This document shows positions 52,533-61,562 of a DNA stretch of 64,000 nt, piece by piece. The translations under genes were made by a program, and so were the position numbers. The DNA lies in NCBI GenBank assembly GCA_965214835.1, contig CBDCCK010000002.1, positions 2,816,001-2,880,000 of the forward strand, in the 5' to 3' direction. This DNA is from Nitrosopumilaceae archaeon (GTDB lineage: Archaea > Thermoproteota > Nitrososphaeria > Nitrososphaerales > Nitrosopumilaceae). Every line of letters begins with the position of its first letter. Position 1 is the first letter of the stretch. The notes below the pieces were generated by a model, which saw nothing but the letters and a program-made list of their open reading frames with translations, made no database searches and was not told the origin of the DNA.

Positions 52533-54414
52533 TTTGCAGGTACATTTCGACAGAATCTATAATCTTCCTGTGGCGAGCCAGCGAGCGCAGTCTGTCCGAG
52601 TCAAGCAGTCTGCAATCAAGCAGCTCGTCCATGATAGATATCAGCTCATCCTTGTACAGTGTGAGCCTGTTTTTGACGACCTCCACATAAAGATCCAGCC
52701 AGGCCTTTTCAGGGATGGCCCAGGTGGAGGACAGCCTTGCAGCGTATTCACGGATTAGGATCACCTTACTGTGGGGGGAGACCCTTAGCAGCGCCTGAAG
52801 CTCGTGTGGCTTTGGATCCAGCAGGACGGCGAATCCCTTGGCGTATTCAGATACGACCTCCGACAGGGACTGCCCGGATCCATTGGTGGTCTGAATGTTG
52901 TAGACTATTTTGCTGTACGAGTTTTGCAAGAATGGAAAAAGGGTGCTCAAGCCGGTGAACTGAAAGCCATGGGCAAAGCTTTCCTTCAGGTGATCATGCA
53001 GTGGCATGAGCTCGCCGTTCAGGGAGTAGTTTGTGAGGTGGTACAGATTTTGCCCGCGGCGTGACTGCAGGATGCCTGCGGCAGGCATAGAATTCGTTAT
53101 GAACTCGGCCCACCGCCTGTTTCGCGTCATGACAAAATCCGGATCCCTAGCCGACATGAGCAGTCTTGCCTCAATCCCTATCAATCCAAGAAGAGTCAGG
53201 GGGTTCTTGAATGCGCCAAATGCGGGGCTGCCTCTGTTGATTTTTACAGTCACCTCGTTTTCCCGGGCTGTCAAGCCATAGATCTCAGATCCAGAGTCCT
53301 CGAACTCAAAATTCAGCCGTGAGCTGCCCTCGCTTATGCTAAAGGATTCGGCCTTTCGAAGGAGCATCTTTGCATTTGCTGCACTGATGCGGGTATTGAG
53401 GGCCGGGGTGCTATTTTTGCCGGCACCTGACAGTACGGACCGGATTTCCGAGGGGCTGACCTGCCTGGAGGCGGCGCTGCGCAGTGCCTTGATCACGGCA
53501 GGGTCGTTTTTGAACCCGGAAACGGCCTCCCTGTATTCAAGGGAGTCCTCCAGGAATCCGGTCTTGTGAAAGTTGACAGGAACGTGATCAAGTGACAGCT
53601 CCCCTGCAATCTTTGCGACCTCGGGATGATGCCTGATGCCGAATTTAGCATAGGCCTTGATCAGCCTGCCCTTGCGGTACAGGTGGATCCCGTAATCTCC
53701 CTTGATCGAGCGCCTTTCTAGCAGTCCGACCCAGCCGGAAATGGCATGGCCGCTGGGAAGACTGACTGTGACTTCTTGCTTTGTATCATCCTTCAGTTCA
53801 GGGGCAGCATGAATGCAGTCGCGCGAGTTTATGCGTATCCTGACTTGGTTGCTCTTCAGATAGGGCCCGTATCTGATGCCAAACCGCTTTTTAAAACCAG
53901 AGATTTGGTTTGGGTACAGTGGAATCTTTAGCTTGCAGATTACAATTGTTGTGCCGTGCCAGGTGCCGGTCTTTTCCTCCTCGATCTCAAAGTTTGTCCA
54001 GCCCTTTGAGGAATCATCCAGCCACCGATCCTCGTCGTACCTGGCAGTGAATTGGGATTCAGAGCCGGGAGTGGCAGTCGTTATGGTAAAGGATTTTCCA
54101 AGGTGGGAGCAGGCGCTTTTCATGCCCAGGCCAAACCGTCCCAGCTTTTCACCCTCTGCCTTGGTTTCCCTTGCAATGGTAAGCGCATCCCCTAGTCCGT
54201 CCAGTTCCATCCCATGGCCGTTATCAGAGACGGTGATTTGTTTTTGATCAAAGTCAAGGTCTATGTCGATTTTTTCAACCCCACCTGCAAGCCTGGCATC
54301 TATCGAGTTGTCGACTAGCTCCGCTATGGCCTGCTCGGTCCGATATCCTGTCATCCCCAGTTTTTTAATCAGGCTCTTATCAGGGGCTATGTCGACTCTG
54401 GTCTTTTTTGTCAT
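52525..54414 (-). CDS. MORC/GHKL ATPase fused to an AbiEi-like antitoxin C-terminal domain; likely ATG at 54414
   Basis: 'AIAELVDNSIDA', 'SDNGHGM', 'GRFGLGMK', 'HGTTI', S5-like 'GIHLYRKGRLI'; C-terminal 'FTGLSTL...IPEKAWLDL...RLRSLARHR'. Confidence 0.8.
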   Translation of the reverse strand: MTKKTRVDIAPDKSLIKKLGMTGYRTEQAIAELVDNSIDARLAGGVEKIDIDLDFDQKQITVSDNGHGMELDGLGDALTIARETKAEGEKLGRFGLGMKSACSHLGKSFTITTATPGSESQFTARYDEDRWLDDSSKGWTNFEIEEEKTGTWHGTTIVICKLKIPLYPNQISGFKKRFGIRYGPYLKSNQVRIRINSRDCIHAAPELKDDTKQEVTVSLPSGHAISGWVGLLERRSIKGDYGIHLYRKGRLIKAYAKFGIRHHPEVAKIAGELSLDHVPVNFHKTGFLEDSLEYREAVSGFKNDPAVIKALRSAASRQVSPSEIRSVLSGAGKNSTPALNTRISAANAKMLLRKAESFSISEGSSRLNFEFEDSGSEIYGLTARENEVTVKINRGSPAFGAFKNPLTLLGLIGIEARLLMSARDPDFVMTRNRRWAEFITNSMPAAGILQSRRGQNLYHLTNYSLNGELMPLHDHLKESFAHGFQFTGLSTLFPFLQNSYSKIVYNIQTTNGSGQSLSEVVSEYAKGFAVLLDPKPHELQALLRVSPHSKVILIREYAARLSSTWAIPEKAWLDLYVEVVKNRLTLYKDELISIMDELLDCRLLDSDRLRSLARHRKIIDSVEMYLQSE

Positions 54415-54427
54415 TATATGATTCAAG

Positions 54428-54517
54428 ATTTGCGAATTTTATATATTTTCGCAAATTTTACTCGTAAGATTATAAAATTCAATTGGGTTTTATATGCGAA
54501 AATACCCATTATTCGCA
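54428..54517. promoter_or_regulatory. Two TGCGAA-N11-TTCGCA palindromes; the first encloses the TATA box of the GHKL-AbiE operon
   Basis: 54431-54453 and 54495-54517; spacer 1 reads AATATATAAAA on the minus strand, 23-33 bp upstream of the ATG. Confidence 0.7.
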
Positions 54518-54829
54518 AAAGCAAATTGCGAAGACAGCCTCAAAACCATAGAAAATGCGGCCAATTGCCCATCGGGGGCGTAGCAACAAGCGAATCCTCT
54601 GGCGCTACGGGGAGCCGGCCTGATTTCCATCACATCGTGTCGGCTCCCAAAGGTCAGCCCTGCAAAACAGTTAAGCATCTAGAGCCCAGGATACGCGCAA
54701 GGCACGAGCGTGGAGTGGACCCCATAAAATAGGGTAATACGTAGTCATTTGGCCGAGCAAAAAACAGATAATACGACCAGCATTCGTGCAAGTCGTGCCT
54801 AGCACAGATCCAATAAAACTGGCCAACAG

Positions 54830-55446
54830 CATGTCAAAAAGTAGGGTCTATTTTCGACACGCCAGATGGAATGGAAGGAGGACATGTCCCAAATGCGAGT
54901 GCAGGGGGGGTCTATCGCACAGGAGATCGATTCCGGTGTAAAAGATGCTGGTATAGGTTCGACGAGTTTACTGGCACATACTTGGCAAGGATCAGGCTTC
55001 CACCCAACACGGTAATCCTTTTGCTGTATCTGTTTTCGGTAGGAGTTCCGGCATACAGGTTGCGATTTAGCATAAACGTCAGTCTTAGGTCCATAGAACA
55101 TGCGTTCATGGTGTTTCGCGATGCCATATACGAGGCCGCAATCAGAGAGATGAAAATGCTGTCTGGAGACATAGAATTTGATGAGGCGATGTTCGGGGGA
55201 CATCGTAAAGGAAAGCGTGGCTGGGGTGCCGAAGGCAAGACGATCGTATTTGGAATATATGCGAGAAGCGGACAGGTAATGACGTTTCCAGTACCTGACC
55301 GAAAACGCACCACTCTCCGGCCGCTGATCGAAAAGCACACCGAGGCAGGTTCGCTATACTATACAGACGAGCATACTGCATATGCGTTTCTCTCCACCAG
55401 GGGAATGCACAAGACGGTAACCCACAGCAACGACGAGTTTGTACGT
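54830..55446 (+). pseudogene. IS1595-family (ISXO2-like) transposase truncated by ISH3
   Basis: 'IEFDEAMFGG...GKRGWGAEGKTIVFG', 'YTDEHTAY', 'VTHS'. Confidence 0.82.
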
Positions 55447-56978
55447 CAGTAGTTCCTCGATGTACTTTTGCAGGCACGATAATTACGCAATTTGCCGAGA
55501 TTTTTTGACCATCATACTATAGATCAGGCGGTGTGCCAACCATCATCATGTCAGTAACACAAAACGACGTGTTTGCACACCAGTTTGACATAACATCGAG
55601 ACAGTTTAAAACATTGCGACGGCGGTTTCCCAAGCTCGGGCTGGCCGTCTCAAAGAGTCGCAACGCAGTGTATGACCACATCGACGCACTGCGCGTTCTA
55701 TATTTCATGTCTGAGAGGAGGATGTTTGCAGAATCTGCCGTGACGCACCTTCGCAGGCGGGCCTCAAAATGCAGCAGGCAGCAGCATGACGACGGGGCTG
55801 CCTCCAAGGGCGGCGCGTATAGTTGCCGTACGCCTAGTCCGGACTGGATCCTAAAGGCGATCCGGGGCGTCAGCCTGGATGATGCGCAAAAGTGGTGCAG
55901 CTCCATGCTGCAGCATACGGTAAGGTGCGCCCGCAGGTCAGGCATGCTGCACAACACGGACGTCGTGGCAGTGGACGTTACCGACGTGGAATACTATGGC
56001 AAGGGCCTGGAGGATATCGCCAGAAAGTCAAAGCCCAAGAACGGCACGTCGACGTTTCTCTCGCACATTACCATGCACGGAATAGGATCAGATGACGGGT
56101 CTGACCTCGTGCTTTCCTCGCTGCAGCTTCCAAAAGAGGCAAAACTGGCCGATTTCGTGCCTAAAATGATCCGCAAGGCGTCCAGATCAGGGATGAGGAT
56201 CAAGACGTTCCTGTATGACCGCGGGTTCTTTAACGTGGACTGCATGAGGGCTGCAGAAACAAGCACGGGCAGCTACATCATGCCTGCCGTCAAGAACAGG
56301 AGGATAGTGGCGGCAATAGAGGAGCATGACCGCGGAGAACGCGGTGCGGTATCAAAATATACAATGACCAACAAGGACGGCAAGAGCGCCACATTCAGGC
56401 TAGTCATTGTGGAAAAGGACGAGGTAGAAAAGGACGGCACGGCAGCAGCAAAGAAGGACAAGGCAGAAGAGACCATAGCCGACAGGTACCAGGGTCTTTG
56501 CCACCAACATGTCTGCTAAAAGTGCAGAGGCAGTCATTGAGCAGATACCGGAGGAGTACCGCAGTCGGTGGGGAATCGAGACCGGGTTCAGGGTGATCAA
56601 GGGGATAATGGGCAAGACGTGCAGCAATTCCCCGGTCGTCAGGCTGCTGCTGTTCTATATGTCTGTCATACTGTACAACCTGTGGAGGACTGCCGTGTTC
56701 ATAGACGTGGAATCCAAGTGGGACGGATTTGCAGGAGGGAAGGGGTTTACCATGATGCTGTTTGTCGCGTGCATTGTCGATGCGGCCGACTCGTTTGTAA
56801 ACGATCGCGGAAAGTAGCGGCGGTGCCGTGCCCGGTCTGCAAAGGCACACCTAGGAAGTAACCATATGTGAAGACATCGAAAGTGCAGTGATCAGGTGGT
56901 ACCTCCACTGATACGCCAAAGCCCAGGAAGGCGTCAGGGAAGGCAAACAAACTCATTACCCATCGACGTAGTAAGGGC

Positions 56979-57972
56979 ATGATATACGTGGGACTGGACG
57001 TTCACAAGGAATCCGTCCAGATGGCAACGATTGACGGGGACGGAAAGCTCCTGTCCAACAAGAAGATCCCAAGCGACTTTGAATCAGTATCAGAGGCCGT
57101 CTCGAAGATCCCAAAGAAGGCAAAGTACGTCAGAGTCCTCCTCTGTGTGGTACGGGCTGTATCGGTACATGACTGATACCCTCAAGCTGGACGTGGTTCT
57201 GTCAAACCCGTACGCCACCAAGATGATAGCGGCATCCCTGAAGAAGACGGACAGGATAGACGCGCACAAGCTTGCCGAGCTGCTGCGGGGCGGATACATA
57301 GCAAAATGCTATGTCCCCGATGAGAGGATCGTATACCACAGGCAGCTGACCAGGCACCGGAACAAGATAGTGAGGGTCAGGACCAGGATGAAGAACCTGA
57401 TCCACGGCATAACACTGCAGGCCGGATTCAAGAGCAAGGCGCCGTATCCGTTCTCGCCCGCACACGTGGCAGAGCTCAAGGGTCTGCATGACTATAGGAT
57501 AGACTCGTACCTGAGGGAGATAGACATGCAGAACGTGGAGGTTGCAAAGGCAGACATGATGATACGCAAGGCAGTCGATGAGAGCCCCGGTGCGCAGCTT
57601 CTCACGTCGATCCCCGGGTTTGGGCAGTACACTGCACTGGTTGTAATAGCCGAGATAGGCGACATTGAAAGGTTTCCGGACTCTCACAAGCTGTGCGCGA
57701 ATGCGGGGATTGTCCCGTCGGTGCGCAACTCTGCAGACAAGGTATACCACGGGCGCATAACCAAGCGGGGAAGCAACATGATGCAGTGGGTGCTCGTCGA
57801 GGCAGTACACACGCATGTAAGGTGTGCGCCCAACAGCAGCATTACGAGATTCTACAAGCGGCTTGCCAAGAGCAGGGGAACCTCCAAGGCCACCGTGGCA
57901 ACCGCCGCCAAGCTGCTGCGGGTCATCTACTGGATGCTAAAGGAGAATAGGAAGTTCGTAGAATGGCTGTGA
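56979..57972 (+). pseudogene. IS110 DEDD recombinase with a frameshift at ~57132
   Basis: 'YVGLDVHK', 'ESS', 'KTDRIDA', 'SIPGFG', 'AEIGDIERF', 'AGIVPSVRNSA', 'ITKRG'. Confidence 0.88.
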
Positions 57973-58119
57973 CCGTATGTACTGCACTGCGGGGATGGTG
58001 GGGTGACCCTGCATGGTGCGGTCGTTGTAGTGGTGTCCACCCCCTAGCCCCCACCCACCCACCCAATGATCTTATAGGATATGCTTGCACCCGACGGCAT
58101 GAAACGTTTCAAATGGATA

Positions 58120-58290
58120 TCATGGTTAGGAATTTACCGCGTTATCAGTATGAGGATAATGCCTCGGGAAGTAACTGCGGGATCGCCTAACGAATGGATG
58201 AAGATGGTACTGGGGGAAAGCCCCGAATGGATACGTGTCCGCCCATCCTTTGGAAGTGGATCAACCCTAGCGAAAGCCATGCACCATGTC
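58120..58290 (+). ncRNA. Predicted bridge/seek RNA of the IS1111-type element (boundaries approximate)
   Basis: Target loop ATCAGTA-[TGAGG/CCTCG hairpin]-GGAAGTA; donor loop ATGGTA-[GGGG/CCCC hairpin]-ATGGATA; closing stems TTAGG/CCTAA, CCGC/GCGG, GGATG/CATCC. Confidence 0.8.
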
Positions 58291-58334
58291 ACGAAATCCA
58301 GGAAAATGCTTAAAAAGAATTCACATGGATACTG

Positions 58335-59127
58335 ATGTGCCTCTTTTTTCTTCCCGTGTACCGTGTCTTTCTTGCGGTCTTGTCCCCGGGCCTGGCTACG
58401 GGAGTAAGGGTCCCGTCAACTAGGAGGCGTCCTTTTTGGGATCAGTTCCTCTATCCTGTCTGCCGGGGTTTTGCGGATGACGTCTGCTATCTTTTCGGCG
58501 GTAGGCAGTATCTTGCGCAGTATCACGATACAGTACCGGAGGTACCTAGACATCGTGGACTGGTCGACGTCGAACGTTGCGGCCAGGTGGTGCTGCGTCG
58601 CACTGGTCCTCAGGCTCATGAGTTCTGCAAGCAGCGCGTGCCTGATGTGCAACTTGCACCGGTTTCCGGCATCGCTGCGGCTCATGTCGTCCTCCCAGAA
58701 CAGGGGCCTGTCCCTGTCGGCCATGACCGCCTCTGTAAAGCGCTCCAGTATGGTTCTCAAATGACTTCTTTGTGCATCCGGTGACGCTGCAAAGGCGCGC
58801 CGGGCCGCCGATTATGCCGTCTGTAAGCTCGATTGCATGCATCCGCAGTGCCCGGCCGCCGCGCACGATTCTTTCCGTTTTGTTTTCCTCGGACTGCCAC
58901 AGTGAGTCCTCAAACGCAAGCCGGTTCCTCAGATGCTCGTTTTGCTTGGAGAACGGGCATGTTTTGTTCTACCAGACTCTTGTTTTGCTCTTGCAGTGTT
59001 TGGAGAAGGTTGTCATTTGAACTCATACCGTCAAAGAATCATACTGATCTTTATGGTTGTAGGTATACAAATCATGATCTATTGTGTTGTATTTTTAGAT
59101 CAGATTTGCCAATTACGCATAAAGTCT
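58335..59127 (-). pseudogene. Truncated IS5/ISL2-like element; source of MITE D ends
   Basis: 'TQHHLAATFDVDQSTMSRY', 'VDGTLTPVARP...YTGRKKRH'; end ATTACGCATAAAGTCT at 59112-59127. Confidence 0.75.
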
Positions 59128-59183
59128 TACATGAATGCCAGCTCCGTGTAGCGATCATGCGCGGCAGGCGGTGGAAGGAAAAG

Positions 59184-59483
59184 ATGGATGATGTCGGAGG
59201 CCTCAAGATGATGCTGGCATTTGCCGCCGGCATATTCGTAGAGGTCACAGTCATATCATCACTGCTGTCCTCTGATTTGGATTCTGTTATCGGCATTTCA
59301 CTGGCCGTTTTTATACCAATCATCATTCTCCTGATCGCCTTGATTCTAAGCAAGAAGGACAAGAATGAAATCATGGGAAGGCTTGAGACGATGGACAAAA
59401 AGCTGGACAGGCTTGACGAGATGTCAGAGACCCTCAAGGAGATGCGTGACACGCTAAACGAGATCAACCGGAAGCTGAAATAG
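59184..59483 (+). CDS. Small two-TM protein with C-terminal coiled coil
   Basis: Hydrophobic helices followed by 'LETMDKKLDRLDEMSETLKEMRDTL'. Confidence 0.65.
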   Translation: MDDVGGLKMMLAFAAGIFVEVTVISSLLSSDLDSVIGISLAVFIPIIILLIALILSKKDKNEIMGRLETMDKKLDRLDEMSETLKEMRDTLNEINRKLK

Positions 59484-59493
59484 CCGCGAATCC

Positions 59494-59712
59494 GTGCTCA
59501 TTTCGGCTTTATTTGCCTTGCTGCTTTTCATGGTCAACTTGTGGCTGAACAACAACGGCAAGAAGGAGATCATGGAAAAACTTGAGACGATGGACAAAAA
59601 GCTGGACAGGCTTGACGACATCGTGGAGGAGAACAGGGCGCAGACAAAAAAACTGGACAAGATACTGGACATACTGGAGGAAATACGCGACATCCTCAAG
59701 TCACGGGGCTGA
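59494..59712 (+). CDS. Small one-TM coiled-coil paralogue
   Basis: Shares 'EIM.KLETMDKKLDRLD' and 36 identical bp with the upstream ORF. Confidence 0.65.
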   Translation: MLISALFALLLFMVNLWLNNNGKKEIMEKLETMDKKLDRLDDIVEENRAQTKKLDKILDILEEIRDILKSRG

Positions 59713-59911
59713 GGACGGCCGCACGGACGCGGACAGCTGTCAGATGCCCATCATTGCATTCTCGGACAAGACGGCCACCCGGACGCGGACAGGAAATCAG
59801 GCCGCAACGGATGCAGGAAAAGGCATCAGTGGGCAGCGGACATTGTTCCCATACAATGCAATCCAGGGCCGGATTGACAAAGTATAAACACGGACAAAAA
59901 ACCCACCATGC

Positions 59912-60490
59912 GTGGAATCACCCTATGCCGGACTGGATGAGACAGAATGGGCGAACAAGACAGGCGAACTGATCAGCAGGCATCCGCTGAGGCCAGAAGA
60001 AATCACGGGAATAGTAACTAACTGCTGGGACTGCATACTGAACACGGTCATAGGGGACTACAAGATAGGCACGGACATCTTTCCTAGGCCGCAAATCATG
60101 GGGTTTTTTCTGCACGAGCTGATCTGCTTGGAAATATCAAAGCTTGACCCTGAAACATGGGGATGCGAGAAAAAACCAAGCGACAAGGACATTGTCAACC
60201 TAAAAGACGACACGTATTCCATAGAGGTCAAGACATCGTCCCACAAATCAAAAATTTTTGGAAACCGGAGTTACGCGCAAGATACCACAAAACCCAGAAA
60301 GTCGAAATCCGGCTACTATCTGACAATAAACTTTGAAAAATTCAAATCCGGCAGGACAAGGCCGAAGATTACAAAGGTCAGATTTGGCTGGCTGGATCAT
60401 GAGGACTGGGCCGGCCAGAAATCACAGTCGGGACAGCAGGCCCGCCTGCCGCCAAACGTTGAAAAGTCAAAACTGCTGGAGATCCTGTGA
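59912..60490 (+). CDS. ScaI-family type II restriction endonuclease
   Basis: 'SPY.GL...HPL', 'FPRPQIMGFFLHEL', 'KD.....SIEVKTSS', 'GNRSYAQ', 'RFGWLDH.DW' (family recalled from motifs). Confidence 0.75.
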   Translation: MESPYAGLDETEWANKTGELISRHPLRPEEITGIVTNCWDCILNTVIGDYKIGTDIFPRPQIMGFFLHELICLEISKLDPETWGCEKKPSDKDIVNLKDDTYSIEVKTSSHKSKIFGNRSYAQDTTKPRKSKSGYYLTINFEKFKSGRTRPKITKVRFGWLDHEDWAGQKSQSGQQARLPPNVEKSKLLEIL

Positions 60491-61315
60491 CTGCCGCCGT
60501 ATCCTGTCTATTGCAATGTCCAAATAATCCTCGTTTGTGTCACACCCCACGACCTGTCGGTTGTTCATGATTCCTGCTATGGCAACGCTGCCTGATCCCA
60601 TGAATGGATCAAATATCAGATCATGCTCGTTGCTTGATGATTTCACTATCCTGTCCAGTATTGCCAGCGGAAACTGGGCGGGGTGGTCCACTCTTTCCCT
60701 GGATGCCCTGTTCCTTCCAGACGTCACTTTTGGTATCTCCCAGACGTTGGTGGGGTTTTTCCCCAAAGGATTGCATTTTAATCTTCCATTCTTCTTCTGG
60801 TTGGGGTACTTTACGTCGGGATCCCTTATGGAATCCAGGTTGAACGTGTACCGGTCCCGGTTTTTTACATACCACAGGTACTTTTCATTTCTCGGGGAAA
60901 AGTATCTCTTTGTCGCCACTCCGGCCTTGTAGTACCACACGATTTCCTGCATGAAATAGAAATCCGTCTTGTCCCACAGCAGATAGTTTATGGGAACGGC
61001 CTTGCCTATGTCCTGCAGTTCAAAGTACCCCAGGTTGAGCCAAAAGGCGCCATTGCGATCTGTCATTTCAAAAACCTGATTCAGCCATTTCCTGCACCAC
61101 TTTAGGTAGTCCTTTGGGTCCTGCACCCTTTCATACTCCTTGCCTATGTTGTATGGCGGCGAGGTTATTGTCAGGTTCATCAGGGGTGATTTTACTTTAT
61201 CCATGAATTCCACGCAGTCAATATTGTACAGCAGTACGCGGTCATCAGAGTAATAGGGGTCGCCAATCTCCTGCCTTATTGAATCCAGTTTTGACATCTG
61301 TTTCAGGTTGCTCAT
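60467..61315 (-). CDS. Beta-class N4-cytosine/N6-adenine DNA methyltransferase
   Basis: 'TSPPY', 'HPAQFP', 'DPFMGSGS'; convergent with and overlapping the REase. Confidence 0.92.
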   Translation of the reverse strand: MSNLKQMSKLDSIRQEIGDPYYSDDRVLLYNIDCVEFMDKVKSPLMNLTITSPPYNIGKEYERVQDPKDYLKWCRKWLNQVFEMTDRNGAFWLNLGYFELQDIGKAVPINYLLWDKTDFYFMQEIVWYYKAGVATKRYFSPRNEKYLWYVKNRDRYTFNLDSIRDPDVKYPNQKKNGRLKCNPLGKNPTNVWEIPKVTSGRNRASRERVDHPAQFPLAILDRIVKSSSNEHDLIFDPFMGSGSVAIAGIMNNRQVVGCDTNEDYLDIAIDRIRRQSQDLQQF

Positions 61316-61562
61316 CGCTCATCGCTCCGTTTCTTCACTGTGATTTTTCACCACGGGCTTTCGCGCGTCTTTCATGAAACTGTTACCATGCGACTCTACT
61401 TATATTTTCAGCTAGGTGCCGGAGATGGAAATGTGATCCGGGTGGCGGCAGACTCGCCGGATCACATGATCAACTTTGACGGGGAGAGGTTTCTCGGGCC
61501 GTAACATGCGGCATACGGACTGCGGCGTGATGCCGGTCATCCCCGGTCTCCGGCCGGCAAGT

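Larger units (their letters stand above)
56859..58331 (+). mobile_element. IS110-family, IS1111-type element
   Basis: TA core at both junctions; subterminal IRs ATGTGAA (56866-56872) and TTCACAT (58320-58326), 7 and 3 bp inside the ends; long 3' non-coding end. Confidence 0.88.
55447..58334 (+). mobile_element. ISH3-family element copy 1; right TIR split by the IS110/IS1111 element
   Basis: Left TIR CAGTAGTTCCTCGATGTACTTTTGCAG; ORFs 55533-56519 and 56509-56817 with 'AVDVTDVEYYG', 'DRGFF', 'YRSRWGIETGFR'; final CTG at 58332-58334. Confidence 0.85.

Noticed and set aside
54574-54625. tRNA-like start GGGGGCGTAGC
   Set aside because: Only a CGTAGC/GCTACG hairpin; no D-arm, T-loop or acceptor pairing
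58113-58128. ATGGATA-tc-ATGGTTA as the donor-binding loop
   Set aside because: Both match the donor perfectly but are only 2 nt apart with no intervening hairpin, and the second overlaps a predicted stem; 58204-58233 fits the loop geometry better (not fully excluded)
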